64,000 nucleotides of DNA from a candidate division Kazan bacterium GW2011_GWA1_50_15 (GTDB taxonomy: Bacteria > Patescibacteriota > Kazan-3B-28), in contig CP011216.1 of NCBI GenBank assembly GCA_001029795.1, positions 70,903-134,902 on the forward strand. The letters are read 5' to 3'. Each line of letters starts with the position of its first letter. Positions within the stretch are counted from its first letter, which is position 1. Both the position numbers and the translations under genes were made by a program. A model generated the notes under the pieces. The model was given only the letters and a program-made list of their open reading frames with translations. It did not search any database and was not told where the DNA came from. Of the stretch, positions 53,204 through 62,325 are shown piece by piece.

Positions 53204-53737
53204 ATGTTTGACCGAGCGTGGGCTGCTTGGGCGGGTATGTGGCTCGCCGGGCTAGTCCTCTTTGTTTTTGCGAGTATCTTGCCGATCGTGGAACGAAGCA
53301 GGAGCACCCAGTGGTTGACACAGGGCGATGCACTGCAAATGTACGTTGACCGTGAGCCGGTGAAAACAGTTACGCTTTTTGCCACTTGCGAACTGGAAGC
53401 GGCTGTCGAGAAAGCCAATCGGAAAGAACGGTTTAAGCCCATTTGGGAGTGGTGCCAGTCGGGGCAAGGTGAGACCGGTATTCTACGAAGAGCAGCCGGG
53501 AGCACTGCCATTCACTTTGCTCTACCGATGGAGAACAAGCGCGACTTGTGGAATATGGGTGGCCAGTCGTGGCCCGATTTGGAGGTGTATGAGCTGGACG
53601 AGCAGTTGTCCCAAGTCGGGGGTGAGCGAGTGGAGGTAGGCGAACGTCGTCGAGTGGGGGACATGTTTGTTATTGGATATGTTTTGCATCTGTCCGCCGG
53701 TCGTTACGCCATACCTAATGTATTCCGGACCGGCTGA
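53204..53737 (+). CDS. Hypothetical membrane-anchored protein
   Basis: N-terminal TM helix; no recognised domain. Confidence 0.35.
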   Translation: MFDRAWAAWAGMWLAGLVLFVFASILPIVERSRSTQWLTQGDALQMYVDREPVKTVTLFATCELEAAVEKANRKERFKPIWEWCQSGQGETGILRRAAGSTAIHFALPMENKRDLWNMGGQSWPDLEVYELDEQLSQVGGERVEVGERRRVGDMFVIGYVLHLSAGRYAIPNVFRTG

Positions 53738-53791
53738 GGCGGACAATGGGCACTGGTCGAGTGCACCGCCAAGTAGGTTCACGTTTTGAGC

Positions 53792-53819
53792 ACCCGCCCC
53801 TTCGGGGGCGGGTTTTTAA
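53792..53819 (+). terminator. Rho-independent terminator (ACCCGCCCC ttcg GGGGCGGGT + TTTT)
   Basis: 9-bp GC stem, tetraloop, T-run. Confidence 0.75.
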
Positions 53820-53821
53820 AT

Positions 53822-53839
53822 ACATGTAACATATGTTAC
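53822..53839. promoter_or_regulatory. Perfect 18-bp palindrome ATGTAACATATGTTACAT (operator-like)
   Basis: Located 10 nt upstream of the small HTH gene; candidate autoregulatory operator. Confidence 0.45.
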
Positions 53840-53848
53840 ATTAAGTAT

Positions 53849-54076
53849 ATGGGAGTTACTGATAAACTGCTGTCTGTACAACAAGTGGCTAAAAGAATGC
53901 AGATTAGTCGAGTGCATGTAGTGCGCCTAATCAACTCTGGTAAAATACCAGGACGCAAGGTGGGCCGAAATTATGTGATTGATGAAGATGAATTGGAATA
54001 TAAACTAATTGGTAAGGCGGTTGATCGAGTCGTGAAGGAGTATGGAGATGTTTTAAAACGGATAGAAAACAGTTAA
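53849..54076 (+). CDS. Small HTH DNA-binding protein (excisionase/MerR-like HTH_17 family)
   Basis: LSVQQVAKRMQISRVHVVRLINSGKIPGRKVGRNYVI helix-turn-helix; 75 aa. Confidence 0.55.
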   Translation: MGVTDKLLSVQQVAKRMQISRVHVVRLINSGKIPGRKVGRNYVIDEDELEYKLIGKAVDRVVKEYGDVLKRIENS

Positions 54077-54090
54077 TCTGATAAAATAAA

Positions 54091-56727
54091 ATGGTGAAAT
54101 TTCTTGAGCGGATTTTGGGGGATCCGAACAAACAGGCACTTAAAAAACTCCAGCCACTCGCCCTGCGGGTGAATTCATTTGAGCCGGACATCCAGAAATT
54201 GTCGGATGACGGGATAAAAGCGAAAACCGAGGAGTTTAAGGCACGGTTAGCCAAAGGTGAGACCTTGGATGAGATCCTGCCCGAGGCCTTTGCGGTGGTG
54301 CGCGAAGCGGCCAAGCGGACTTTGGGCGAGCGCCATTTTGATGTGCAGATCATGGGCGGTATCGCTTTGCATCAAGGCAAGATCGCCGAAATGCGAACGG
54401 GCGAAGGGAAAACTTTGGTCGCCACTCTGCCGGTGTATTTGAATGCTCTAACTGGAAAAGGTGCGCATGTGGTGACGGTTAATGATTATTTGGCGGCTCG
54501 TGACGCGGAGTGGATGGGCCAGATCTATCAGTTTTTGGGGTTGACCGTTGGGGTGGTCACGCACGACAAGCCGACAAGCGAACGCCAAGCGGCTTACGCC
54601 GCTGACATTACTTACGGGACCAACAACGAGTTCGGATTTGATTATCTGCGCGATAATATGGCACCGACCCGTGAGGCGCAAGTTCAGCGGGGATTGAATT
54701 TTGTAATTGTGGACGAAGTCGACTCAATTTTGGTTGACGAAGCGCGGACGCCGTTAATTATTTCCGCGCCGGACGAGGAATCAACCGAACACTACAAGCG
54801 GTTTGCTGCCATTGCTCCCTCATTGACCGAGAACGTGGATTTTACCAAAGACGAAAAAACCAAGACCGCTTCACTGACAGAAGGCGGTATCGAAAAGGTG
54901 CAGAAGCTTTTGAATATTCCTGACATCTACGAGTCGGGTAATGTGCTGTTAGCACACCACATCGAGCAGGCCTTGCGGGCGCAGTTTTTGTACAAAAAAG
55001 ATGTGGACTATGTCATCAAGAATGGCGAGGTAATCATTGTGGACGAGTTCACGGGTAGGTTGATGCAAGGGCGGAGGTATTCCGAAGGTTTACATCAGGC
55101 CATCGAGGCGAAAGAACAGGTGGAGGTCCAGCGGGAGTCGAAGACCTTGGCGACCATCACATTCCAGAACTACTTTCGGTTGTATGAAAAGTTATCGGGC
55201 ATGACCGGTACGGCCAAGACCGAAGAAGAGGAGTTTTGGAAGATATATGGTTTGGAGGTGGTGGTCATCCCAACTAATCAGCCGCTGATCCGGCAGGATC
55301 TGAATGATCTCATTTATGTCAGCGAGAAAGCCAAGTTCGAGGCGGTGGTGAGAGAGATCAAGCGGCGGCACGAGACCGGCCAACCCATCTTGGTTGGCAC
55401 TATTGCTATTGAAAAATCCGAACTGCTATCGGATATGTTAAAGCTCAAAGGCGTTGCCCACAATGTTCTGAACGCCAAGCAGCATGAGCGGGAGGCGGAG
55501 ATAGTCAAGGACGCGGGGCAGAAGTTGGCCGTTACCATCGCCACCAACATGGCTGGGCGAGGGACTGATATTAAATTGGGCGAGGGCGTGCGGGAACTGG
55601 GGGGTCTGCATATTCTAGGTACTGAACGGCACGAGTCCCGCCGGATCGATAATCAGCTTAGAGGCCGCGCCGGTCGACAAGGCGACCCGGGCAGTACTCA
55701 GTTCTTTGTGTGTTTGGAGGACGACCTGATGCGATTGTTCGGTAGCGAGCGCCTGAAAAACATGATGGCGACCCTGAAGGTACCGGAGGATCAACCGTTG
55801 GAACACAAATGGATAACTTCCAGTATCGAGTCAGCCCAAAAACGGGTGGAGGGCCACAACTTTGATATTCGCAAGCGGGTAGTGGAGTATGACGATGTGA
55901 TGAACCGCCATCGGGCGACCATCTATCGTCAGCGTCAGAAACTGCTTGAGGCGGGGGATGTGAAGGAAACGGTCTGGGGATATGTGGAGAATGAACTACG
56001 CGGGATACTGGCTAACTATGCCGCTACCCCCCGCGAGCAGTTTGGCGAAAAAGAACTACTAGAGAGCGTTAATGCCGTTGTGCCGCTTACGGAAGGATTA
56101 AAAAAAGAAGTGGCGGCCAGCAATGTTGAGGCGCTGGTAGAGTTCGCCAAAACCCAGTACGAAGCCAAAGAGAAGGAAACGGGCGAGGAGACCTTCCGTC
56201 AAGTTGAGCGGATGGTTCTGCTTCGAGTAATGGATATGATGTGGATGGAGCACATCGACGCAATGATGAAACTGCGGGAGGCCATCGGTCTGCACGGCTA
56301 CGCTCAAAAGGACCCACTGGTGGAGTATAAGCAGGAGAGTTATATGATGTTCCAGCGTCTGCAGGCGGCCATCGCTGGGGATGTGGCGCGGCTGATCTAT
56401 CGGGTACGGATCGCTACTCAAGCTCCGCAGGAGAGTGCGGAAGTGCAGGAAAAACGCAAACTGGCGATGAAGGGAGCGGAGGAACCGGCCGGAGGTTTCG
56501 AGGAAGAGAAGGAAGAACTCGCCTCCGAAATGAAAAATGAAAAATTAAAAATTAAAAATGAAAGTCATTCTGAATCCCAACCGCCAAATTCCAAATTCCA
56601 AATTCCAAATTCAGATGCTCCGAGTGGAGTGGTGCGCGACCCAAATGATAGGAAAGAAAAAGTTGGGCGAAATGATCCATGCCCGTGTGGGTCGGGTAAG
56701 AAATTTAAAAAATGTCATGGAAAATGA
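54091..56727 (+). CDS. secA: Preprotein translocase ATPase SecA
   Basis: DEAD-like motor motifs, HWD, and C-terminal zinc finger [14 protein letters not shown]. Confidence 0.9.
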   Translation: MVKFLERILGDPNKQALKKLQPLALRVNSFEPDIQKLSDDGIKAKTEEFKARLAKGETLDEILPEAFAVVREAAKRTLGERHFDVQIMGGIALHQGKIAEMRTGEGKTLVATLPVYLNALTGKGAHVVTVNDYLAARDAEWMGQIYQFLGLTVGVVTHDKPTSERQAAYAADITYGTNNEFGFDYLRDNMAPTREAQVQRGLNFVIVDEVDSILVDEARTPLIISAPDEESTEHYKRFAAIAPSLTENVDFTKDEKTKTASLTEGGIEKVQKLLNIPDIYESGNVLLAHHIEQALRAQFLYKKDVDYVIKNGEVIIVDEFTGRLMQGRRYSEGLHQAIEAKEQVEVQRESKTLATITFQNYFRLYEKLSGMTGTAKTEEEEFWKIYGLEVVVIPTNQPLIRQDLNDLIYVSEKAKFEAVVREIKRRHETGQPILVGTIAIEKSELLSDMLKLKGVAHNVLNAKQHEREAEIVKDAGQKLAVTIATNMAGRGTDIKLGEGVRELGGLHILGTERHESRRIDNQLRGRAGRQGDPGSTQFFVCLEDDLMRLFGSERLKNMMATLKVPEDQPLEHKWITSSIESAQKRVEGHNFDIRKRVVEYDDVMNRHRATIYRQRQKLLEAGDVKETVWGYVENELRGILANYAATPREQFGEKELLESVNAVVPLTEGLKKEVAASNVEALVEFAKTQYEAKEKETGEETFRQVERMVLLRVMDMMWMEHIDAMMKLREAIGLHGYAQKDPLVEYKQESYMMFQRLQAAIAGDVARLIYRVRIATQAPQESAEVQEKRKLAMKGAEEPAGGFEEEKEELASEMKNEKLKIKNESHSESQPPNSKFQIPNSDAPSGVVRDPNDRKEKVGRNDPCPCGSGKKFKKCHGK
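56584..56611 (+). repeat. Heptanucleotide microsatellite (CCAAATT)x4 inside the secA C-terminal linker
   Basis: Four perfect tandem 7-mers read directly. The unit length is not a multiple of 3. Confidence 0.8.
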
Positions 56728-56746
56728 AGAAGTACAAATTAGATTA

Positions 56747-57271
56747 ATGTCGCTGTGTTTCCTGCGTGATGCTCAGGGACGGGTTTTGCTGGGTCGGAAA
56801 TCGGACAAGCCGGAAATCGGGGCCGGGACCTGGAACGGATTTGGTGGCAAGAGAATTGAAGCGGATGAGAGTTTGCAGGACACTGCTAGGAGGGAGGTCT
56901 GGGAGGAGACGGGGGAGCGAGTGCGGGTTGGTAAGCTGATCTCCCTAGGACAGGTTGATTTTCGGCAACCAACTAAGCATAGGATTAATCGGGTACACCT
57001 GTTCTCTTCAAGTGACTTTACCGGCGAACCGGAGGTCAATGAGGAGATGGTGGAGTTCGGTTGGTTTAATAAAGAGGAACTACCCCTAGACCAGATGATG
57101 GAGGCCGATGGCCACTTTATCCCGGAGCTGATGAAGGGCAAGCAGATCAGGGCAGAATTCACCTATACCGAGGACTTTAAGCTGGAGGGATATTGGTCGG
57201 TGGATGAGATAGGGAGGATTAAAACCGAGACCGAAGAGCTCCGTCAGGAGGTTAGGGTGGGGATGAGATAA
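56747..57271 (+). CDS. NUDIX hydrolase
   Basis: Nudix box GGKRIEADESLQDTARREVWEETG. Start uncertain: ATG 56717 overlaps the secA end, ATG 56747 does not. Confidence 0.7.
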   Translation: MSLCFLRDAQGRVLLGRKSDKPEIGAGTWNGFGGKRIEADESLQDTARREVWEETGERVRVGKLISLGQVDFRQPTKHRINRVHLFSSSDFTGEPEVNEEMVEFGWFNKEELPLDQMMEADGHFIPELMKGKQIRAEFTYTEDFKLEGYWSVDEIGRIKTETEELRQEVRVGMR

Positions 57272-57293
57272 AGAGGCTCTAGATATGAAAAAG

Positions 57294-57316
57294 GCCGCCC
57301 GGAAGGCGGTTTTTTA
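57294..57316 (+). terminator. Rho-independent terminator (GCCGCC cggaa GGCGGT + TTTTT)
   Basis: Hairpin plus T-run after the NUDIX gene. Confidence 0.7.
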
Positions 57317-57479
57317 GGTTCTTACTTTCATTATATCAGATATAGAGGGACTTGTCAAGGTTTTTGAGCTGATAGGAGAGAGGGGGGGAGATGGGCCCCT
57401 CGGCAGGCTCGGGGGAACAATCAGGATAGATTGTTCGTTTTATTGCTCTGGGAGCCAGTTTCCGCTTGACAAATTCTTT

Positions 57480-57635
57480 CATTTATAATAGGATAGCGGT
57501 AGTTGGGGCGAGCGCTCCAAGTTGCACTCTACAATTAGTTGACCACAGAAAACAGGTCAACACGAGGCAACATTTACAATTCGTTAAAATAAAAAGATCA
57601 GCAAGCTTGGGGGCGGGCTGATTTTTATTTTGGCG
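57480..57635 (+). ncRNA. Candidate small RNA: promoter-like TTGACA upstream, internal hairpin GTTGACC...GGTCAAC, ends with terminator ATCAGC...GCTGAT + TTTTATTTT
   Basis: No ORF, bounded by a -35-like box at 57468 and an intrinsic terminator at 57597-57635, inside a 575-nt non-coding gap. Confidence 0.25.
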
Positions 57636-57846
57636 GAGAGTAGATGGGGTTTGGACCGCAGAACTCTGGTGCTGTAGAGGTTTAGGGTCTGGACATCTTT
57701 GGATTAACCTTTAAGGATGTCACTTTAAGGACACGACACCTTCTTAGCACTGGAGTCCTGCGGTGCAAACCAAAGGAATATTCTCAATTTCCAGTTCTCC
57801 GGCTAGCGCGGCCGGTGAATAGCCCATGAGGGCTGGGAGGTGTACT

Positions 57847-59265
57847 ATGCGCAAGAATTTCCTTCTGGCCCTCGCTGTGGGCCTAGTAGTTTCGTTGTTC
57901 GTGTTGTCATCGTGTGGCGGAGGCGGAGGTTCTAAACCCCCTACGGCACCGCCGGTGAGTAACAATGGTAACAACTTACCACCACCGTCAGCGCCGTCTG
58001 GCCTCGACCAGACGTCCTACAGGGCGGAGATCAATGTCCCGACATCGCCGGATTCAGGCGAGGGTGCGCTTGTGCTTCGGCACGGTGTTCACTTTTTCAG
58101 TCCCGATGCTTCGGACAAAAGTTGGACATTCGGGATCCGGACCTGGGTGAAAACCAGGGACGGAAATCCGTTCCAACTGGACACTTATAGATGGAGTGGC
58201 CAGGATGGCCGCTTGAATCTGCAAGATCCAAGCCAGGATAAATCGTCCGTTGTTGTTCGTACGGTCACCCTTGATGGTCGGGACATTTCCCCAGCCGTTG
58301 GAGTTTACACGGTAGGGGTAAAGACCACCGGCGTTGGTAAGGGTAAGCTGGTGCCACTGAGTTATTCGGTCAATACGCCCCCATACGGGTTATGGACAGC
58401 CTGGTTGAAATTCAACGGGCTGTACCATACTCAGTCTGGCAATGGCGGTCCGGGCGGTTCTGGAGATGGTGACCCGAATGATAGTTGGCTAGAAGAGCTC
58501 TGGGGCAATATCAATGAATGGATATGCCCCAGCGCCACAACAACGGTCACTCTGGCCATCGATGACGGTAACTGGGAGTGGACGGGTGAAAGATGGGTTT
58601 ACGAACCCGCAACCCCCCCGCCGGCAGAACCGACATTTGCTATGTTTTCGGTTCTACCCAAGACGGCTAATCTCCTGGTTGGAGCAGTGCAGGTATTTAC
58701 CACTTCAGCGCAGGATTCGCGTGGCAATGCGATACAGCCGGATGTTACCTGGGCGCTGAGTGATCCGTTGATCGGTAGCTTAAGTTCGGTTGTCCAAGGC
58801 CAACAACAGTTCACTGCGGCCAAGCCGGGTGTGGTCATTATCACCGCCCAGGCTGTCTGGCAAGGAGTATCTAAGGTGGCAACGGCGGTAGTGACTGTTA
58901 CTTTGGAACCGACTCCACCACCCGAGGACTGGACCGGAGTCACGGTTCAGATCCGGCCGGATTCGGAGATACTCAGGACACTGTCTAAAGGTATGGGGGT
59001 ATCCCAGGCGTACAGTCTAGTTCTGTTGAAAGATGGCGCAGCTGCCGACGTGACACCAAGCGAGATTCTCTGGGCTTGGGACGGTGTTGCTTACGGCGGC
59101 ACGGACCTACTTCCGGAGCTAGAGGTCCAATCGGATCCGGCTTCAGTGATTGTCCTTTCGGCATTCGCCGCCATCGCCGATCACAAGCTGAGCGTAAAGG
59201 TTAAAAAAGCAGATGGTGCGGTGGTAACGCAGGGCGCGGAGATCACCATCCATGTGGTCGACTAA
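57847..59265 (+). CDS. Hypothetical lipoprotein / secreted protein
   Basis: Signal peptide with lipobox VLSSC followed by a Gly/Pro-rich linker. Start at ATG 57847. Confidence 0.5.
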   Translation: MRKNFLLALAVGLVVSLFVLSSCGGGGGSKPPTAPPVSNNGNNLPPPSAPSGLDQTSYRAEINVPTSPDSGEGALVLRHGVHFFSPDASDKSWTFGIRTWVKTRDGNPFQLDTYRWSGQDGRLNLQDPSQDKSSVVVRTVTLDGRDISPAVGVYTVGVKTTGVGKGKLVPLSYSVNTPPYGLWTAWLKFNGLYHTQSGNGGPGGSGDGDPNDSWLEELWGNINEWICPSATTTVTLAIDDGNWEWTGERWVYEPATPPPAEPTFAMFSVLPKTANLLVGAVQVFTTSAQDSRGNAIQPDVTWALSDPLIGSLSSVVQGQQQFTAAKPGVVIITAQAVWQGVSKVATAVVTVTLEPTPPPEDWTGVTVQIRPDSEILRTLSKGMGVSQAYSLVLLKDGAAADVTPSEILWAWDGVAYGGTDLLPELEVQSDPASVIVLSAFAAIADHKLSVKVKKADGAVVTQGAEITIHVVD

Positions 59266-59407
59266 GTTGCACATTTAAAGGTTGGGAGTCTCGATTTGTC
59301 GGGACTCCCGCCTCCACTCTTGGTCATCATGATTGCTTCCCCCAGGTAATCATGGTGGCCAAAAGTGGGGGAATATACTAGACACATTATTTATGGAGTA
59401 CAAGACA

Positions 59408-62260
59408 ATGGATGTTTTAAAAACGGTCGGTAGACGGATATACTTTCAGGTGCGTAGATTAAAGAAAGCCATGAGGAACTGGAAAAAGTTTGGCGTGATA
59501 ATTTTTGGCGGGTTAGTACTGGCGATGAACGTCCTGCCAGTTGCTCAAGCAACGGCCGACACACGCCTATTTGAAGTATATGTCGGCATGACGGGTCAGC
59601 ACACCGTGGCAGTCGGAACGCCAGTGGGCTTTACCGCTCAGTCTTATATTGGGGCTGACGATGCTACGACCGATACCAGTTTCAACTGGGAAGTGCGTCA
59701 GGGTACGGCTCTGGTCACCTCGCGGACTGGCGGCACTGCCAGCTACAGTTTTACTCCAACTGCGGCTGGGACGTATGCCATCACTACACGAGGGATTTAT
59801 CAACCAAACCCGATTAAGAGCGCTTGGGCTAAAACCCCAGCCACTTTAACTGTCACTGGCGGCACGACTGACATGCGTCTATTTGAGGTGTATGTTGGCT
59901 ACACCGGCCAAAACTCTATTACGGTCGGGACACCAGCTATTTTCCATGCCGAGTCTCATATTGGGGCTGACGATGCTACGACCGATACCAGTTTCAACTG
60001 GCAGGTGAAGAGGGGAACTGTCTTAGTAGCCTCAACCACTGATTCTGGCAAGGATTATACTTTCACTCCAACTACAGCCGGAACCTATACGATCACGACT
60101 CGCGGTATCTATCGTCCGAATACCACTAAGAGCGCTTGGGCCAAGACCCCGGCGACTCTGACGGCAACTTCAACTACTCCGCCGGAACAGACTCTTGCTA
60201 TTACCATTACCCCCGCCGAGGAGCAGCACACGGTAGTGGGTACGCAATTGCGTGTGCCCTACCAAGCGCGTCCGACCCTGAACGGCCAACCGCTCACGGG
60301 CGGGCTGGTACAGTGGTATGTTAATGGCGCGCCGCGCGGGAACGGTATTAATTTTCCTTACGACGCTTCGATGGTGGCTGGCACTTACGCGGTACGCGCG
60401 GTGTTGAGCTATGACACCCTGCCGGATGCGCAAAGCAACGTGGCTTACGTGTATGTGGCGGAGAAGCCGGAGGCGGACAAGTTTACTACTTTCTATGTTT
60501 ATCCGGACAATAGAACGTTAATTCTTACTCCGGGGGCTGACCAGGAAGATTTCCACTATGTCGCCCAGTTGTCTAATGGTGACAATATTACTCCTGAAGA
60601 GTTGACTTGGCCGGATGTTGGCTTTGGTCAGTTCACGCCTATTTTAAATGGCCGGCACTTTACAGCCACACAACTAGGCAGTGAGACAATTACGATTACG
60701 GCCAAATATCAGGGTGAAACGCTGTTCTATCGGATTCGTATTACAGTGTTACCCGCGGAGACTGGGAACCCGGTCTTGACTCGGGTGACGATCGAACCGC
60801 CGGTTGCTGGTCCGCTGTCAGCGGGTGGAGCGGGGGCTGACTACACCGCGCGGGCTTACGCCGTCACAGCCAACGGCGAGGTGGAGGTTAGCAGCCAGGT
60901 TAATTTCCTGTGGGAGATCGATCCGGTAGCCGTGCGGTATATCGGTACACTCCAAGCTCTGCCGGGGCAGACTCAAGTAGCTCACTTTACTCCCTACGCT
61001 GGAGTGAATGGCAATTTCTATGACGCCATTCACGTCGTAGCCTACTTCGGCAGTCCAGTGCAGATCCGGGACGCTCGGGCCAGCGTATTGATCAATGATG
61101 TGATCATCACGCAAGACCATCTGACTAATCTGACGGTAGCACCGGACCGCTCGGTGATCAGCACTAATGATTCGACGCCGATCCGGGCGCAAGCTTACTC
61201 TAACGGTACGCCGCTGGGCGGCGCAAGTTACAGTTGGCAGATAATCAGCGGAACCGCCACTTTGAGTTCACTGACTGGCCAGGTGGTAACGCTTTATTCG
61301 AACATTTGGACCGGTAATGTTGTCATCCAAGTAACGGCCAATTATAACGCTGATCCATCGATCAGTCGGACGACTACGGTGTTTGTTCAAGGCGCAGTAC
61401 CGCCGATCAATACTATTAATCTGGTGGTTGAGCCGTTGAACCCGACGGTGGTAACGAATAATACTCAGTTATTTACCGCTCGAGTTTACGACAGCAACGG
61501 TGCTAACATTACTAACTTGGTTGATTACGTGAGTTGGTTCAATCAGAACCCGACGGCCGGGACTATCGTTAGCCAGTCTCGCGACAATATGATCTGGCGG
61601 GCAGACAGCGTGCTGGGAACTTTCCCAAGCGCCATCCGGGTGGAGACTCGTTACGGCGGGATGGCTGATACCGAGTACATCACTCCGACAGTGATAATTA
61701 GCGGTCCGACCCCGTTTTACTTCATTAGTCCGTATTTCTACGGTGTGATCGAGGACGGCAGTACGCCGAATGAGGGCGACATCATTATCTACACCATCAC
61801 CCTCACTAATAATCAGCCGAATATGGTGTCGGGTGTGCAGCTGACCACAGACGTGCCAGCCTACACAACGTTCATCTCCGCGACTTCGGCTGTTGACCAT
61901 CCGCGGATCTCTGGCCGGACGATAACCTGGGACGCAGGTACGCTCTATAGTGGCGGGTCACAGACCCTGACCGTGCGGGTGCGCATCAACGAGGGTTTGC
62001 CCAAGAAAGGCATTAGCATCACTGGGTACGCTCATGTGCGAGCCGATCAGCTCCCGCAAGGGTTTAATATCACTTCCAACACGATCGTGGTAGGGAGCGG
62101 AAGCGGTACGCCGGTGACACCAACTGAAGAGCCACTGGCCCCGACCGGAGTTGATTGGCAGACCCTGGTAATGCTGGCACTGGCTTCGATGTTGCTGGCC
62201 GGTGTCGCCATGATAGGACTAGAGCGCCGGGCTGCTAACCGGGCATCAATACAAGAATAA
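59408..62260 (+). CDS. Large cell-surface protein with two tandem ~105-aa repeats, DUF11-like conserved repeat domain and C-terminal LAPTG sortase-type sorting signal
   Basis: Signal peptide ending AQA. Repeats LFEVYVG.TGQ...IGADDATTDTSFNW. Near the C-terminus LAPTG, then a hydrophobic helix, then ERRAANR basic tail. Confidence 0.55.
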   Translation: MDVLKTVGRRIYFQVRRLKKAMRNWKKFGVIIFGGLVLAMNVLPVAQATADTRLFEVYVGMTGQHTVAVGTPVGFTAQSYIGADDATTDTSFNWEVRQGTALVTSRTGGTASYSFTPTAAGTYAITTRGIYQPNPIKSAWAKTPATLTVTGGTTDMRLFEVYVGYTGQNSITVGTPAIFHAESHIGADDATTDTSFNWQVKRGTVLVASTTDSGKDYTFTPTTAGTYTITTRGIYRPNTTKSAWAKTPATLTATSTTPPEQTLAITITPAEEQHTVVGTQLRVPYQARPTLNGQPLTGGLVQWYVNGAPRGNGINFPYDASMVAGTYAVRAVLSYDTLPDAQSNVAYVYVAEKPEADKFTTFYVYPDNRTLILTPGADQEDFHYVAQLSNGDNITPEELTWPDVGFGQFTPILNGRHFTATQLGSETITITAKYQGETLFYRIRITVLPAETGNPVLTRVTIEPPVAGPLSAGGAGADYTARAYAVTANGEVEVSSQVNFLWEIDPVAVRYIGTLQALPGQTQVAHFTPYAGVNGNFYDAIHVVAYFGSPVQIRDARASVLINDVIITQDHLTNLTVAPDRSVISTNDSTPIRAQAYSNGTPLGGASYSWQIISGTATLSSLTGQVVTLYSNIWTGNVVIQVTANYNADPSISRTTTVFVQGAVPPINTINLVVEPLNPTVVTNNTQLFTARVYDSNGANITNLVDYVSWFNQNPTAGTIVSQSRDNMIWRADSVLGTFPSAIRVETRYGGMADTEYITPTVIISGPTPFYFISPYFYGVIEDGSTPNEGDIIIYTITLTNNQPNMVSGVQLTTDVPAYTTFISATSAVDHPRISGRTITWDAGTLYSGGSQTLTVRVRINEGLPKKGISITGYAHVRADQLPQGFNITSNTIVVGSGSGTPVTPTEEPLAPTGVDWQTLVMLALASMLLAGVAMIGLERRAANRASIQE
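59561..60180 (+). repeat. Tandem ~310-bp intragenic duplication, including a 43-nt perfect repeat (TATTGGGGCTGACGATGCTACGACCGATACCAGTTTCAACTGG)
   Basis: Two consecutive ~105-aa protein repeats. Identical 43-mer at 59648 and 59958. Confidence 0.7.
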
Positions 62261-62280
62261 GCAGATTAATCATCTACAAA

Positions 62281-62311
62281 ATCCCCCGTCGGCCGACGGG
62301 GGATTTTGTTT
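62281..62311 (+). terminator. Rho-independent terminator (ATCCCCCGTCGG/CCGACGGGGGAT + TTTTGTTTGTT)
   Basis: 12-bp perfect palindrome plus T-rich tail after the surface-protein gene. Confidence 0.7.
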
Positions 62312-62325
62312 GTTATAATTACCTC

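Noticed and set aside
57640-57846. SRP RNA, 6S RNA or RNase P RNA in the long non-coding gap
   Set aside because: None of the hallmark conserved motifs (SRP domain IV GGAA/AGCA bulge, RNase P GGAAAGTCCGG) are present. The region is kept only as a generic structured leader or sRNA candidate
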